The notes beneath the pieces are model-generated. The model was not told where the DNA came from. It searched no databases and was given only the letters and a program-made list of their open reading frames with translations. The position numbers and the translations under genes are program-made. Of a stretch of DNA of 32,742 bases, positions 11,148-22,522 are shown piece by piece. Position 1 is the stretch's first letter; each line of letters starts with the position of its first letter. The stretch spans positions 1-32,742 of the forward strand of contig CAXHJY010001330.1 of assembly GCA_964016885.1 (NCBI GenBank). The letters are read 5' to 3'. Source of the DNA: Eledone cirrhosa (Eukaryota).

Positions 11148-12510
11148 ATATCTTATCGTCATAACAAACTTCAAAAAACCCGACAACCACCTGATCACTT
11201 ATAGATCAGGGGTGCATTCTAGTCAGATAGATTTTATCCTCATCAGAGGACGTGACCGATGGACGGTCGTAAACACAAAAGCCTACCCTAGTGAGGAATG
11301 TACCTCCCAACATAGCTTAGTTGTCAGCGACCTCACAGTCAGAACTAGACGAACCTGGAAACAGAGGCCAACCTGGAGAAGAAAGATCTGGAAGCTGAAA
11401 GACCCCTCAACCAGTAACAGATTTAAAGATATTTTACTCAACGCCTACGACAGTAAAGAAGAACAGATAGAGACATTCAATGTAGAAGAGCACTGGGAGT
11501 TCCTAAAAAATAACTTACTAGAGGCGACGGATGAAGTCTGTGGCTGGAGTAAGACGACAAGCAGGAGGAGAGTGACTTGGTGGTTGAACAATAAGGTAGA
11601 TGAGGCAGTTAAGGCCAAGAGACAGGCATGGAAAGAATGGAAGAACGGGGGGAGCAGGGTACATTACATAGAGTCCAGGAGGGAAGCTAGAAGACAAGTA
11701 TACTTAGCTAGGAGGGAAGCAGAGGATAGAAAATTCAAGCATGTTTTGCAACGTGAGGACCAGAAACAGGAGGTTTTAGGATTACGAGGCAGTGTGTCAG
11801 AGAGAATTGTGATGTCATTGGAGAGAAGTGTATCCGGAATGATAAAGGTGAGCTTGCCCTCACAAGTGCTGAGAAGAAAGATGCACGGAAGAGCCATTAT
11901 GATAGATTACTAAATGAGGAGAATGCATGGGAAGAAGAGACCCTACCCCCAAGTAGACCCTATAGAGGGGCCAGCAGTACAAGTCAGCAGCAGCGTAGTC
12001 AGTAAGGCAATCAAAGATATGAAGATGGGGAAGGCAACCGGTCCATCGGGTGTAGCTGCCGAGATGCTGAAGGCATCTGGGTCTGTAGGTCACACTATAA
12101 CCACACGTATTGTTAACCAGGTAATACTAGAAGGTGTCATACCTAAAGATTGGTGCAGTAGCATCATTGTCAACTGCTACAAAGGTAAAGGTGATGCACT
12201 AGATAGAGGAAACTATAGAGGTATAAAGCTGATGGACCAGGTCATGAAAGTAACAGAAAGAGTTATAGCACAGTTGATTAGGGACCGGGTGAAACTAGAT
12301 GAGATGCAATTTGGGTTTGTACCAGGAAGAGGTACCACTGATGCCCTCTTCCTTGTGAGGCAGTTACAGGAAAAGTACCTAGCTAAAAGTAAGCCGCTCT
12401 ACCTGGCATTTGTCGATCTGGAAAAAGCCTTCGACAGAGTGCCTCGTGCTATAATCTCGTCGGCTCTTAGAAAACTAGGAGTAGATGAATGGCTTGTGAA
12501 AGCTGTACAG
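11148..12510 (+). mobile_element. RTE-clade LINE fragment (APE endonuclease C-terminus to early RT)
   Basis: [25 protein letters not shown]...V..AVKAKR, MKMGKATGPSG, KGKGDALDRGNYRGIKL, QFGFVPGRGTTDA, AFVDLEKAFDRVPR. It breaks abruptly after LVKAVQ. Confidence 0.92.
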
Positions 12511-13582
12511 TACACCAGTACACCACACTCCCTCCATAGAACTACACACACCCTTCTCTCCCCGCTCCACCCACACCCTCGCTCCACACTCACTCATCCC
12601 ACTAACACCTCTACTAATACACACACACACACCCTCCTCACTCCAACTTTCACACCTACCCATCCTCGCCCCTTTACCATTCCACCGACTGCTGCTATGC
12701 CCTCTGACCACCTCCCAGCACAAACAGACACACAGCACTCCCACTTCTTGACCACTTCCTGTTGCGCGCGCACCCCACATCTCTCCTCTTCCGACTATCT
12801 CTTCATGGAATACTCGTATGTGGAACTTGACCACCACAGAATCCACTAAACATCATAGGATTTTACCAACTTTTCAACCATCCTCTTACGGAATCACCTA
12901 TATAACTCACCCACACACACACCCCCCAAAAAAATGTTCTCCACACGCCACCTACACCCACAACACGCTTAAACCCCACACACACGTGCTTTCCACCACA
13001 TATTTACACCCTCAGCCTCCTGATTCCTCTCCCCCCACCCCTCTATCCACACACGCACAGACACTCCGACCTACAACCCCCCCCCCCACACACACCTCTT
13101 CCTGAACATGCAACCCCGTTCTTCCCCCAACCCTTACTTTCACATACACACACACACACACGTACACCTACACACACACACCACCTTCAGCCCTCCCCAC
13201 TCGGACACCCCGTCTCCTTCTCCCTACTCCACCCGCCACCACCCCTACACACCCCACACCCTTCCACCACATGTTTTACCCCCCTTTTAATTTCAGTTTA
13301 TTTTGATCATGCTTTTATATTTAATTTTATTTCATTCCTTGTATTTTGATCATGCTTTATTTTTATTTTTAATTTTAATTTCATTCGCACCGTTTCCTTT
13401 CGCTATATGTCTCTCCACCACTCCCCTACACACCCTTTGAACTCTGTTCCCACACACTTCTCACCTGAGGAAGGGCTTATGCCCGAAACCTCGTTCCCCA
13501 CCACCACCCCACTCTCCAGATCGTGAAATTAATAAACATTCGTTGTACTGCCTCTCTGTTTTGTTCCTGTTCAAATTTTTCC

Positions 13583-13586
<4 letters not shown>
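12511..13586 (+). mobile_element. Probable non-coding 3' region (pLTR) of a Penelope-like element: C/A-rich tract, HHR motif, AATAAA, then (TA)n
   Basis: HHR-like core at 13465-88, AATAAA at 13531-36, a T-rich tail and then (TA)n. This is the same layout as the other PLE 3' ends in this window. Confidence 0.5.
13461..13494 (+). ncRNA. Minimal or degenerate hammerhead motif
   Basis: CTGAGGA at 13465-71, an extra A, stem II GGGC-TTAT-GCCC, GAAA at 13485-88, then CCTCGT. Stems I and III are very weak. Confidence 0.55.
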
Positions 13587-13633
<47 letters not shown>

Positions 13634-15780
13634 AAAATCCTGGACGAATTCTGTGAACACATCACAAACTTCCCTTACCAACACTTGCACAGACAAAAAC
13701 ACAAGCCAAACCTCAACAAGAAAGAATGGGAAGAATTAAATAGATTAAAAACCGACAGAACCATTACAATTAAAGAGGCTGATAAAGGGAGTATAGTAGT
13801 CCTAATGGAGACAGAATTCTATATCAACTTAGCGCTCTCCACTTTGGAAAACGAAACATACTACGAAAAGGCTGAACACTACAATCAACAGAAAATTATG
13901 AGAAACCTTAAAACTCTAATCAACCAATACAAAGAAGGACTCACTAACAAGGAATTCAGCTTCATCACAGACTTCACAAGTAAATCCAGCCTTTTCTACG
14001 GTATCCCTAAAGTACATAAAAGCGAATCAATAAGTAAGGCATGCAAGGAAGCCACAGACATAGTCATCAATGTCCCCTCACCCAATGATCTCAAATTAAG
14101 ACCTATAATAGCAGGCCCCGCTTGCGAAACGCACCGTCTTAGCAACTTCATTGATACCCTTCTCAAACCCTTCCTCAAGCACATCAAAAGCTATATAAGG
14201 GACGACCTAGATATGCTCAATCACCTCCCTAATATGCCACTTTCTGAACAAACCCTACTAGTGACGTTCGATGTAGTCAACCTATACTCCAACATCCCCC
14301 ACAACCTAGGAATAGAAGCTATCCAATTCTGGCTGGATAATTTCCACAATGAACTCCCACAACGCATCAAAAAAGAATTCGTGATAGAGGGACTCAAATT
14401 TATCTTGGAGAACAATTACTTCGTTTTCAATAACAAACCCTACAGGCAGAAATCTGGGACCGCTATGGGAACGAAAACAGCCCCCACTTATGCCAACCTA
14501 GTCATGGGATACCTGTAAATCACCCTCTACACTAAAGTCCTAAACAAATTTGGAAACACCCTCCACTTACACATTGAAAGGAACTGGAAGCGATATCTAG
14601 ATGACTGCTCCATCCTTTGGCACGAAAACATCGAAACACTTAAAGAATTTCACACCCTTATAAATGGGCTCAACACAAATATTGACTTCACGATGGAATA
14701 CAGCCATCAACAACTCTCCTTCCTCGACATCCTCATTAAGATCCATAACAAAAAAATAGAAACAGACATATACTACAAGCCCACAGACTCCAAGCAATAT
14801 CTCCCCTTCAACTCTTGCCACCCTAGACACGTTAAAATTAATATTCCCTACAACTTAGCCAAGAGAATCTGTACTATAGTCTCCAATAAAAACATCTGCT
14901 ACTTACGGCTACAAGAACTAAAGGACACACTCATAGGCAGGGACTACCCTGCATCACTAATTGACAATGGAATCCAACGTGCCCTAAAACTCAGTACCCA
15001 GGACCTTAGACACCCTAAAGTAAATCAATCAAAACTAAAAGCTCTTCCATACATCTCCACACACAACCCCCTCAACAATGAGGCCTTTGACACCATCTTC
15101 CAGAACATCCCTGTATTGAAAAAGGACCATAGAATGAACCAAATTCTACGAACACACGATATCATAAAGAACAAAAGACAATCCAAGTCAATGAAAAACA
15201 TCTTAACACATGCCAAAGTACTGCCAACCACAACAACGAAACCCACAGTAAAAAAATGCGATAGACCCAACTGTGGAATTTGCATCAACCTAATAGAGGG
15301 TTCGGAATTCTATTTCAAAGATGGACAACGTTTTATAGTAAAACACAATTTCACATGTGCATCGGAAAATCTAATATATGTATTAACTTGTTCAGGTTGT
15401 CGAGAACAATACATAGGCCAGACCAAAAACAGCCTCCGCCAACGCATGACTGTCCATAGACCCCAAATTAAAATACGGGATTACAGGAAAATACCAATGA
15501 GTGAACACATTGATACCTGTGCCGCCCAAAATCATCCCAACTTCAGAATCTTTCCCCTCTACAAATTTAAAGATAATGCCACCCACACCCAGCGCATCAG
15601 CAAGGAATCTTACTTCATTAACAAATACGGACCCCGTCTAAACACTTCTCCCTAAGACGAACCCACAACATACACACGTCAACATACATACCTACATCAG
15701 CACACATCTCTACCCACATATAAACACAATGACATACGTAAACACACATGCTCTATGGTGCAACACAAAAAAATATATCT
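13634..15780 (+). mobile_element. Neptune-type Penelope-like retroelement, 5'-truncated, ORF broken by a single stop
   Basis: IKEADKG, FYGIPKVHK, LRPII, FDVVNLYSNIP, GTAMG, RYLDD (14591-14605), FLD, YYKPTD, linker CDRPNCGIC, and LIYVLTCSGCREQYIGQT (CxxC inside GIY-YIG). ORFs 13523-14518 and 14693-15655 share a frame; only the TAA at 14516-18 interrupts it. Confidence 0.92.
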
Positions 15781-16173
15781 GCATATATATATGTATATAT
15801 ATGTATATATGTATATATATATGTATATATATATAGTGAATATATGTATGTGTATATATATATATATATAGTGAATATCATTTCACACCTTTTATTGTTA
15901 AGATTTTTGATGTTCTATTAAGAGAACCGATTTTACTGAAAAAATCGAATAATGTACACCATTTTACCAGGGGAAAAAAATACTGGTCCACCCACACACA
16001 CACACACACACACATATACACAAACACATACACACGCGTACATCAACATACAAAGAGACTTATATACACACACACACACACTTCTCCGTATAAGACAAAA
16101 GCTGAAAAATATCTTTTGACATGCTTTCAGACACATTCTTACTGACCATCCCTGCCACCACGAATTACTCTGC

Positions 16174-16176
<3 letters not shown>

Positions 16177-16220
<44 letters not shown>

Positions 16221-16292
16221 ATCTTAATAGCCATTTGACACACATCGCTGCTAACCATTATCACAACATCGAACACCTTACTACTACTACTA

Positions 16293-16380
<88 letters not shown>
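16177..16380. repeat. (CA)n microsatellites
   Basis: Seen directly as two tracts. Confidence 0.9.
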
Positions 16381-16384
<4 letters not shown>

Positions 16385-16409
16385 TTGTTGTGAAAGAGTC
16401 ATTTCTCAA

Positions 16410-16638
16410 TCTTGCGCAAAACCAATTTTTTATTCACATGACCTCTACCGACCAATCAAAATTGTTTTGACCACAAGAATTTTTTCTGGAGCCATTTTTT
16501 TAACATAAAAACAGTCTTGGCGCAAAATCAATTTTTTACATTCACATGACCTCTACCGACCAATCAAAATTGTTTTGACCACAAGAATTTTTGCAACACC
16601 CAAGTATCGCTGGAGCCACTTTTTTAACATAAAAACAG
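16410..16638. repeat. ~105-bp tandem duplication
   Basis: TCTTG(G)CGCAAAA..TTCACATGACCTCTACCGACCAATCAAAATTGTTTTGACCACAAGAATTTTT..CTGGAGCCA..TAACATAAAAACAG occurs twice; the second copy has a ~17-nt insertion. Confidence 0.85.
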
Positions 16639-16858
16639 GTAGAATTCCCAAAACTAATCAGATCAGAGCAAACAGCACGGACACTCTATCTCAAAATTAT
16701 TTTTGAAAAGCATTTAGAAATGCGCAACCGGTAAAAACTTAAAAACTTAAAACCACAACTGAATACTAACCCATACAATCACTAATACTCTTTTATTCCT
16801 AATTAAACCATTTTTTAACTGTGAACAATTTATCAACATTTTCTATTCCGTTTACCAA

Positions 16859-17146
<288 letters not shown>

Positions 17147-17594
17147 TACCCACTCTACTACCCTAAGTATTGAGTACTTTGGTGCGTTATGGTCCACCTG
17201 GTTCCTTACCACATTTCCTTCGTTTTCCTTCGTTATATATATATATATATAAATCTATAATAATGAGTTCAAATCTCAGGCAGTCTTTTACAATGAAATA
17301 GCTCGAAGAAAGACTATTTCTGAGCCGTGTAATACAGGTTAATATAAATTAATATATTTGATAAACGCAAATACCGACATATTCATGTTTGTATTGTAAA
17401 TGACCAAGTTAGCTAGATTGAAATATACTAATAATAATAATATTACAGTTTGCCTATCTTGACTTAAGATAATAAATCAACAAAAACAAATTGTATTGGC
17501 AATGGCCATGGTGCTTAGTATATATATATATAATATTTTTATCAATCCCTCTTCGGATTTTAGTCTTCACATTTTTTATTAAAAAAGGCATGAA

Positions 17595-17710
17595 GGCATG
17601 TGGCTGAGTGGTTAGAGAATTGGATTCACAATCTTGAGGTGGTGAGTTCAATTCCTGGACCGGGTGATGCATTATGTCATTGAGCAAGACACTTTATTTC
17701 ATGGTGCTCC
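17595..17710 (+). mobile_element. tRNA-derived SINE, CORE-like, 3'-truncated
   Basis: A box TGGCTGAGTGG at 17601-11 and B box GTTCAATTCC at 17646-55, followed by TGTCATTGAGCAAGACACTTT, which resembles the CORE domain. Confidence 0.75.
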
Positions 17711-17825
17711 TTCTACCTGGAGTTGCGACCGATAGATAGTATTAGAAAATGGAAAGACCGACGTAAACATTGTTTCCTCGGTCCGATTTGACGAAAGTCA
17801 ATCAATCCTTTATTTATTATTATTA

Positions 17826-17881
17826 ATCATCATCATCATCATCATTTTACGTCCGCTTTTCCCTGCTTGCAAGGGTAGGAC
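17826..17881 (-). mobile_element. Short RTE 3'-tail fragment
   Basis: (ATC)n plus TTTTACGTCCGCTTTTCCCTGCTTGCAAGGGT is nearly identical to the RTE 3' end at ~21380-21447. Confidence 0.75.
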
Positions 17882-18029
17882 TTTATATATATATATATAT
17901 ATTTGTTTTGCAAGGTTTTTGATATGAAATTGTGTGTTGAAACAAATATTGTTATGTTTGGGGAGGGTCATATTGTTATAATATTGCCAGAAATAATAAT
18001 AAAACACACAACAATAAAAGTGCACACAA

Positions 18030-20525
18030 CTATAACGGTAGATTTAATGACAACCCCTTAAAGAACCTGTTCTTCAACCCAGCTGATAAAACATACAAGA
18101 TGAACAAAATTTATTCCACTAAATTACCTTTTAATAAAAGAGTTTGTATACCACAACAATTAGATGACGAAACAGAGGCACAGTTCACCATAGCTAGAAA
18201 TAAACTTAGACAGGTAGTAGACCAATATACTAAGAGACAAAGTAGACCAGAGGTCCAACAACTTGGAAGGAAACCTGTAGAAGGCCTACTTAGCCTCATG
18301 CAACGCACAAGGGATGGTGAGGTAGTGTGTCTACCCACAGATAAATCTGGTAGGATGTCAATAGACCGCATGCCAAACTACATCAAGGCTATGCAACCCC
18401 ACATCATCAACACGAGCGAAACAACACCACAAACACATAAGGAGAGAGAAAAGATACCCAACGCTCACATGATGATGTGGACTGACAACCTAAAACCAAG
18501 TAGACGCACAGCCAACAACTTCCAAGCGTCTAACAACAACATACCACCCTCGTATGGACTCCGCAAAAAACATAAATCAACCAACAACCCGACGACAGGA
18601 CCACCAACAAGACCTGTATGTGGAGCCAATATTGCCAGTAACTTCAGGATTTCCTAATTCTTCTCTATGATTATACGCCCCATAATTAAAATGTCCCCAG
18701 ATATATGTGACAGCACAGAGGACCTCCTCAGTAGAATCAATAAGTGCAACTATACTGAAGACTTAAAAAACTGCATAATAGGCAGCATGGATGTAGTGTC
18801 CATGAAAACATCCATTGACATTGATTTTGCTGTGGGAAAATGTGTGGAAATAAGCAGTGAGAGCGAGGTGGAGTTCTGTGACATTGACACAGATGAACTG
18901 GGCCTCCTACTTAGATGGACCAAAGCCAGCCATACGGGCACCCAAAAACAACGATCAGGTGAGACAAATGGTCACACATGCTGTAGGGGCTAGTATTAAA
19001 ACTACCCTAAAGGGCCATATGTTTAAATTCAATGAAAAGATCTACACCCAGAATGAGGAAGCCATTGGTGTCAGCATAGCTGGTGCTGTTGCCAACCTTT
19101 TTATGTACACTTGTTGCATAGGCGATGTTAATATAGTAATAAGAACACCCCCACAAGAGAGTACTAATAAACATGAATTAGAAAATAGCACAATAGAAAG
19201 CATCCAGCAGATAGCTAACTCCATACACCAGAGTATAACTGTAACTGTTGACTACCCTTCCAAATACCCTAACAATAGACTACCTGTATTAAACACGGAA
19301 CTCTGGATTAACACTATAGATGAGAGGGCCCAAATTCACTCACATTATGCTAAACCCATGGCCTCCAAATACCTGATACTCAAAAACTCAGCAATGTCCA
19401 ATAATGCTAAGTTTAATATTCTGATCGCAGACTTGGTAAGAGTGATGAAGAATGTGTCCCGCATGTGTGACCCAACAGAAATGGAAAGACACATCCAATA
19501 CTTCATCAATTGCATGCAGTTCTCTGGCTACAACCAAAGAGACAGAATCAGAGTATACAAAGGAGCCATGGAGAAATATAAAACCCTTATAGAAATGGGC
19601 ATGAGAGGGATTTACCCATTATACGGGGACAAATCATGGAATAGCTTAGATAGGACTAAACATAAGATAGGAAAAGCCACTTCATGGTACGACAACCAGA
19701 GATACCAGAGTGTCATGTTCGTGGATACTACCCTCGGAGGGAAATTAGCTAACCAATGTAAAAAGGCCCTGAGAAAGACACATCAAAAGATTAAAGTGGT
19801 AGAAAAGCCAGGAACTACCATAAAATCCCTGATCAGAAAACATACCCCTTTAAGAAAACCCACTGTACTAATAAGAAATGTGTTATATGTAAAATGTAGC
19901 CCCAGATAAACTGTAAAACTAGAATTGTAGTCTATTGCATAAGATGTACAGAGGGTACTTGCAGAAACATGACAACAACATACATAGGGGAGACAGGTCG
20001 TAGCATAGGAGAAAGAATAGACCAACCCTGGGAGGAACTAAAAGGATTTAAAAAATGGTTCAGTACTATACGAACACGCCAGACAAAGACATGATGGTAA
20101 TATAGACAACATAGAAATTAAAATAATATCTAAACATAGAAATGACTCAACAGGTAGGCAAATCAGAGAAGCAACTGAGATAGAAATAAGAAGACCAAAG
20201 CTGAACAGAAAGAACAAATGGAATAACAACAACAACCATACACAAACACACAATACTGACCTAAAATAAATATAAATAAATATACACAGGTACAATAACA
20301 ATAACCACACATAAACACACACTAGTGAACAAAGATAGAAAACAAACACACACAGACTCAGACACAAACACACACCAAACAGAAAACACACACGCAAACA
20401 CATGCACAAACAGAGGCAAGAATAAATAAATAAAAAATAGAATAGACATTACAATACAATGGGAGGAAACAATAGTACCACTGATGATGTCACAGGTATG
20501 TGATGAAAGAACTTTGATAGACTAT
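18030..20525 (+). mobile_element. Decayed Penelope-like retroelement, tentatively Nematis-type
   Basis: PTDKSG, YGLRKKHK, TRPVCGA, GSMDVVS, AVANLFM, DYPSKYPNNRLPVL, HYAKPMAS, MQFSGY, VVEKPG. In a shifted frame: CTNKKCVIC, C..RIVVYCIRC..YIGETGRS (GIY-YIG). HHR at the 3' end. The clade assignment is from memory of motifs. Confidence 0.85.
20473..20525 (+). ncRNA. Degenerate type I hammerhead motif
   Basis: CTGATGA at 20481-87, stem II GTCACA-GGTA-TGTGAT, GAAA at 20505-08. Stem I/III pairing is imperfect. Confidence 0.6.
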
Positions 20526-20732
20526 ATATATATATATATTTATATCTGTATTTTTAACCACTGGTCAATCAATGATAAACATTGATTGCCAGATAAATTA
20601 ACTATGGAGATATAAAAGATACAGAAGCAAAAATCAACTCAAACCAAACAGTGGGTGTGTTCTATTATTATTTCTAGCAATATTTGTAGCAATATGACCC
20701 TCCCCAAATATAATAATAAATATATATATATA

Positions 20733-20923
20733 ACTGTTTCTACTTTTGGCACAAAGCCAGTAATTATCCCAGTGTATTACTGGTACTTTATTTTATCGAC
20801 CCCGTAAGGATGAAAAGCAAAGTTAACCTCAGCGGGGCTTGAACTCAGACCATAAAGGGCAGTAACTCTCTGCTGCAAAGCATGGTGTCCAACCCTCTGC
20901 TGATACTGCCAATCCATCGCCCT
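20733..20923 (-). mobile_element. tRNA-derived SINE (Meta-like central domain), copy 1
   Basis: The minus strand has B box GAGTTCAAGCC, then TTTCATCCTTACGGGGTCGATAAAATAAAGTACC. A second copy lies at 30757-30943. Confidence 0.8.
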
Positions 20924-20928
20924 ATATA

Positions 20929-21108
20929 TACGAGGGCAATCCCAAAAGTAAGGTCTCCTTTCAATATTGCAACTTTTCCATTAACATCCTGTGGATGGTG
21001 CTTCGGGAAACCTCAGGAACCAAAATGCAGAGAGCATCCAGAGTTATCCGCCGATCTTTATGCATGTTTTCCTCGGAAGGAGACCTTATTTTGGGGATTG
21101 CCCTCGTA
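20929..21108. mobile_element. Mariner-like MITE (~180 bp)
   Basis: TIR TACGAGGGCAATCCCAAAAGTAAGGTCTCCT pairs with AGGAGACCTTATTTTGGGGATTGCCCTCGTA (2 mismatches); flanked by TA. Confidence 0.85.
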
Positions 21109-21323
21109 TATAATAACTGCGCAAAATTCGCACTTGGCGGTAGCGTTCAATGGGAGCTCCATTCTCAACGGCTGCCAAGCCAAGATTGAGCATCCCAGCG
21201 AAGAGCGCACATGCTTGTTTGGGAGTTAAGGAAGCACCAATCACAACAGTGTTGCCAACAGCCGTACGAACAGTTTCTCTGCGTCCCCATCGCTTTGGAG
21301 ACCTTACTTTTGTGTTTAATCTC

Positions 21324-21326
<3 letters not shown>
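21109..21326. mobile_element. Half of a related mariner-like element (third TIR)
   Basis: GGAGACCTTACTTTTGTGTTTAATCTCGTA at 21297-21326 is a diverged right-hand TIR, followed by (TA)n. Confidence 0.65.
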
Positions 21327-21379
<53 letters not shown>

Positions 21380-21383
<4 letters not shown>

Positions 21384-22143
21384 TCATCATCATCATCATC
21401 ATCATCATAATTTTACGTCCACTTTTCCCTGCTTGCAAGGGTGGGACGGGTCCTATTCAGCACAGCATCTCTCCACTTGTCACGGTCCTTCGTCATCTCC
21501 ACAGTGAGCTTCAGAGATCTGAGGTCTGCTCTCACCACCACCACTCATGTTTTTCGTGGTCTTCCTCTACTACGTCTTCCTTCAATTGGCATGTCTTGGC
21601 ACTTCTTCACCCATCAATCATCCTCCATGCGCACCACATGTCCATACCATCGCAGTCTCCTCCCCCGGACACTACAATTTATTTCTCTCAGACACAGTTT
21701 CACTCTCAAAACATCCATGCTCGGTTGTTCACGCACATTGACATTGTACCTCCAACGGACACCCCCTCCCATGCTAATCTGATCACCTAGGTACTGGAAG
21801 CTATCCACCACTTCTATAGCGCCCTCCTGTATTTGAACAATTAGTCTATCAATGCGACTTCTACTGTCTAATTTCCCTGTACATCTACTGCATACATTTT
21901 TCTCCCTACCTGTTAGTTTGCCTGCTATCCCGCTACATCTCTTGTGTACCCAAGATGTGCATTGTGTGCATTTTATAGAATGTATGCCAGTTCCTTTCCT
22001 ACATATCGAACATGGCCATTTCCCTGATGGAATCAGGGTTTTGTCCTCTTTTCTACTCATCAACACTTTTGTCTTAGCTAGGTTCACTCTCAGTCCTCTT
22101 GCTTCCAACTGCTGTTTCCATAGCCAAAATTTATTCTCCAGCT

Positions 22144-22147
<4 letters not shown>
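21380..22147 (-). mobile_element. RTE-clade LINE 3' fragment with a PHD-type finger and (GAT)n tail
   Basis: ELENKF..WK..LEARGLRVNLAKTKV, CSIC..CTQC..WVHKRC..CSRC, FQYLG, RRLRWYGHVVRM. Internal deletion after SMGGG; trinucleotide tail. Confidence 0.9.
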
Positions 22148-22224
<77 letters not shown>

Positions 22225-22238
22225 ATATATATATATAT
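22148..22238. repeat. (CT)n followed by (TA)n microsatellite
   Basis: Seen directly. Confidence 0.95.
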
Positions 22239-22522
22239 AATTGGAAATTTAGTAAAATCGAATCTCTGGCAGTTTGCAAGCAAATTCGGCCTACTTATAT
22301 GAAATGATGAGTTTGATGACTGGTTTATGTGTTGTGTTCTTCAGAAAAACACTTCATTTCACATTATATATATATATTATATATATATATTATATATATA
22401 TATTATATATATAAATATATATATATATAACACTTCATTTTACATTATATATATATTACATATATTATATATATATATATTATATATACATATATTATAT
22501 ATATATATATATATATATACAT

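Noticed and set aside
17254-17416. Possible Helitron 5' end A|TCTATAATAAT
   Set aside because: No hairpin plus CTRR|T terminus was found downstream.
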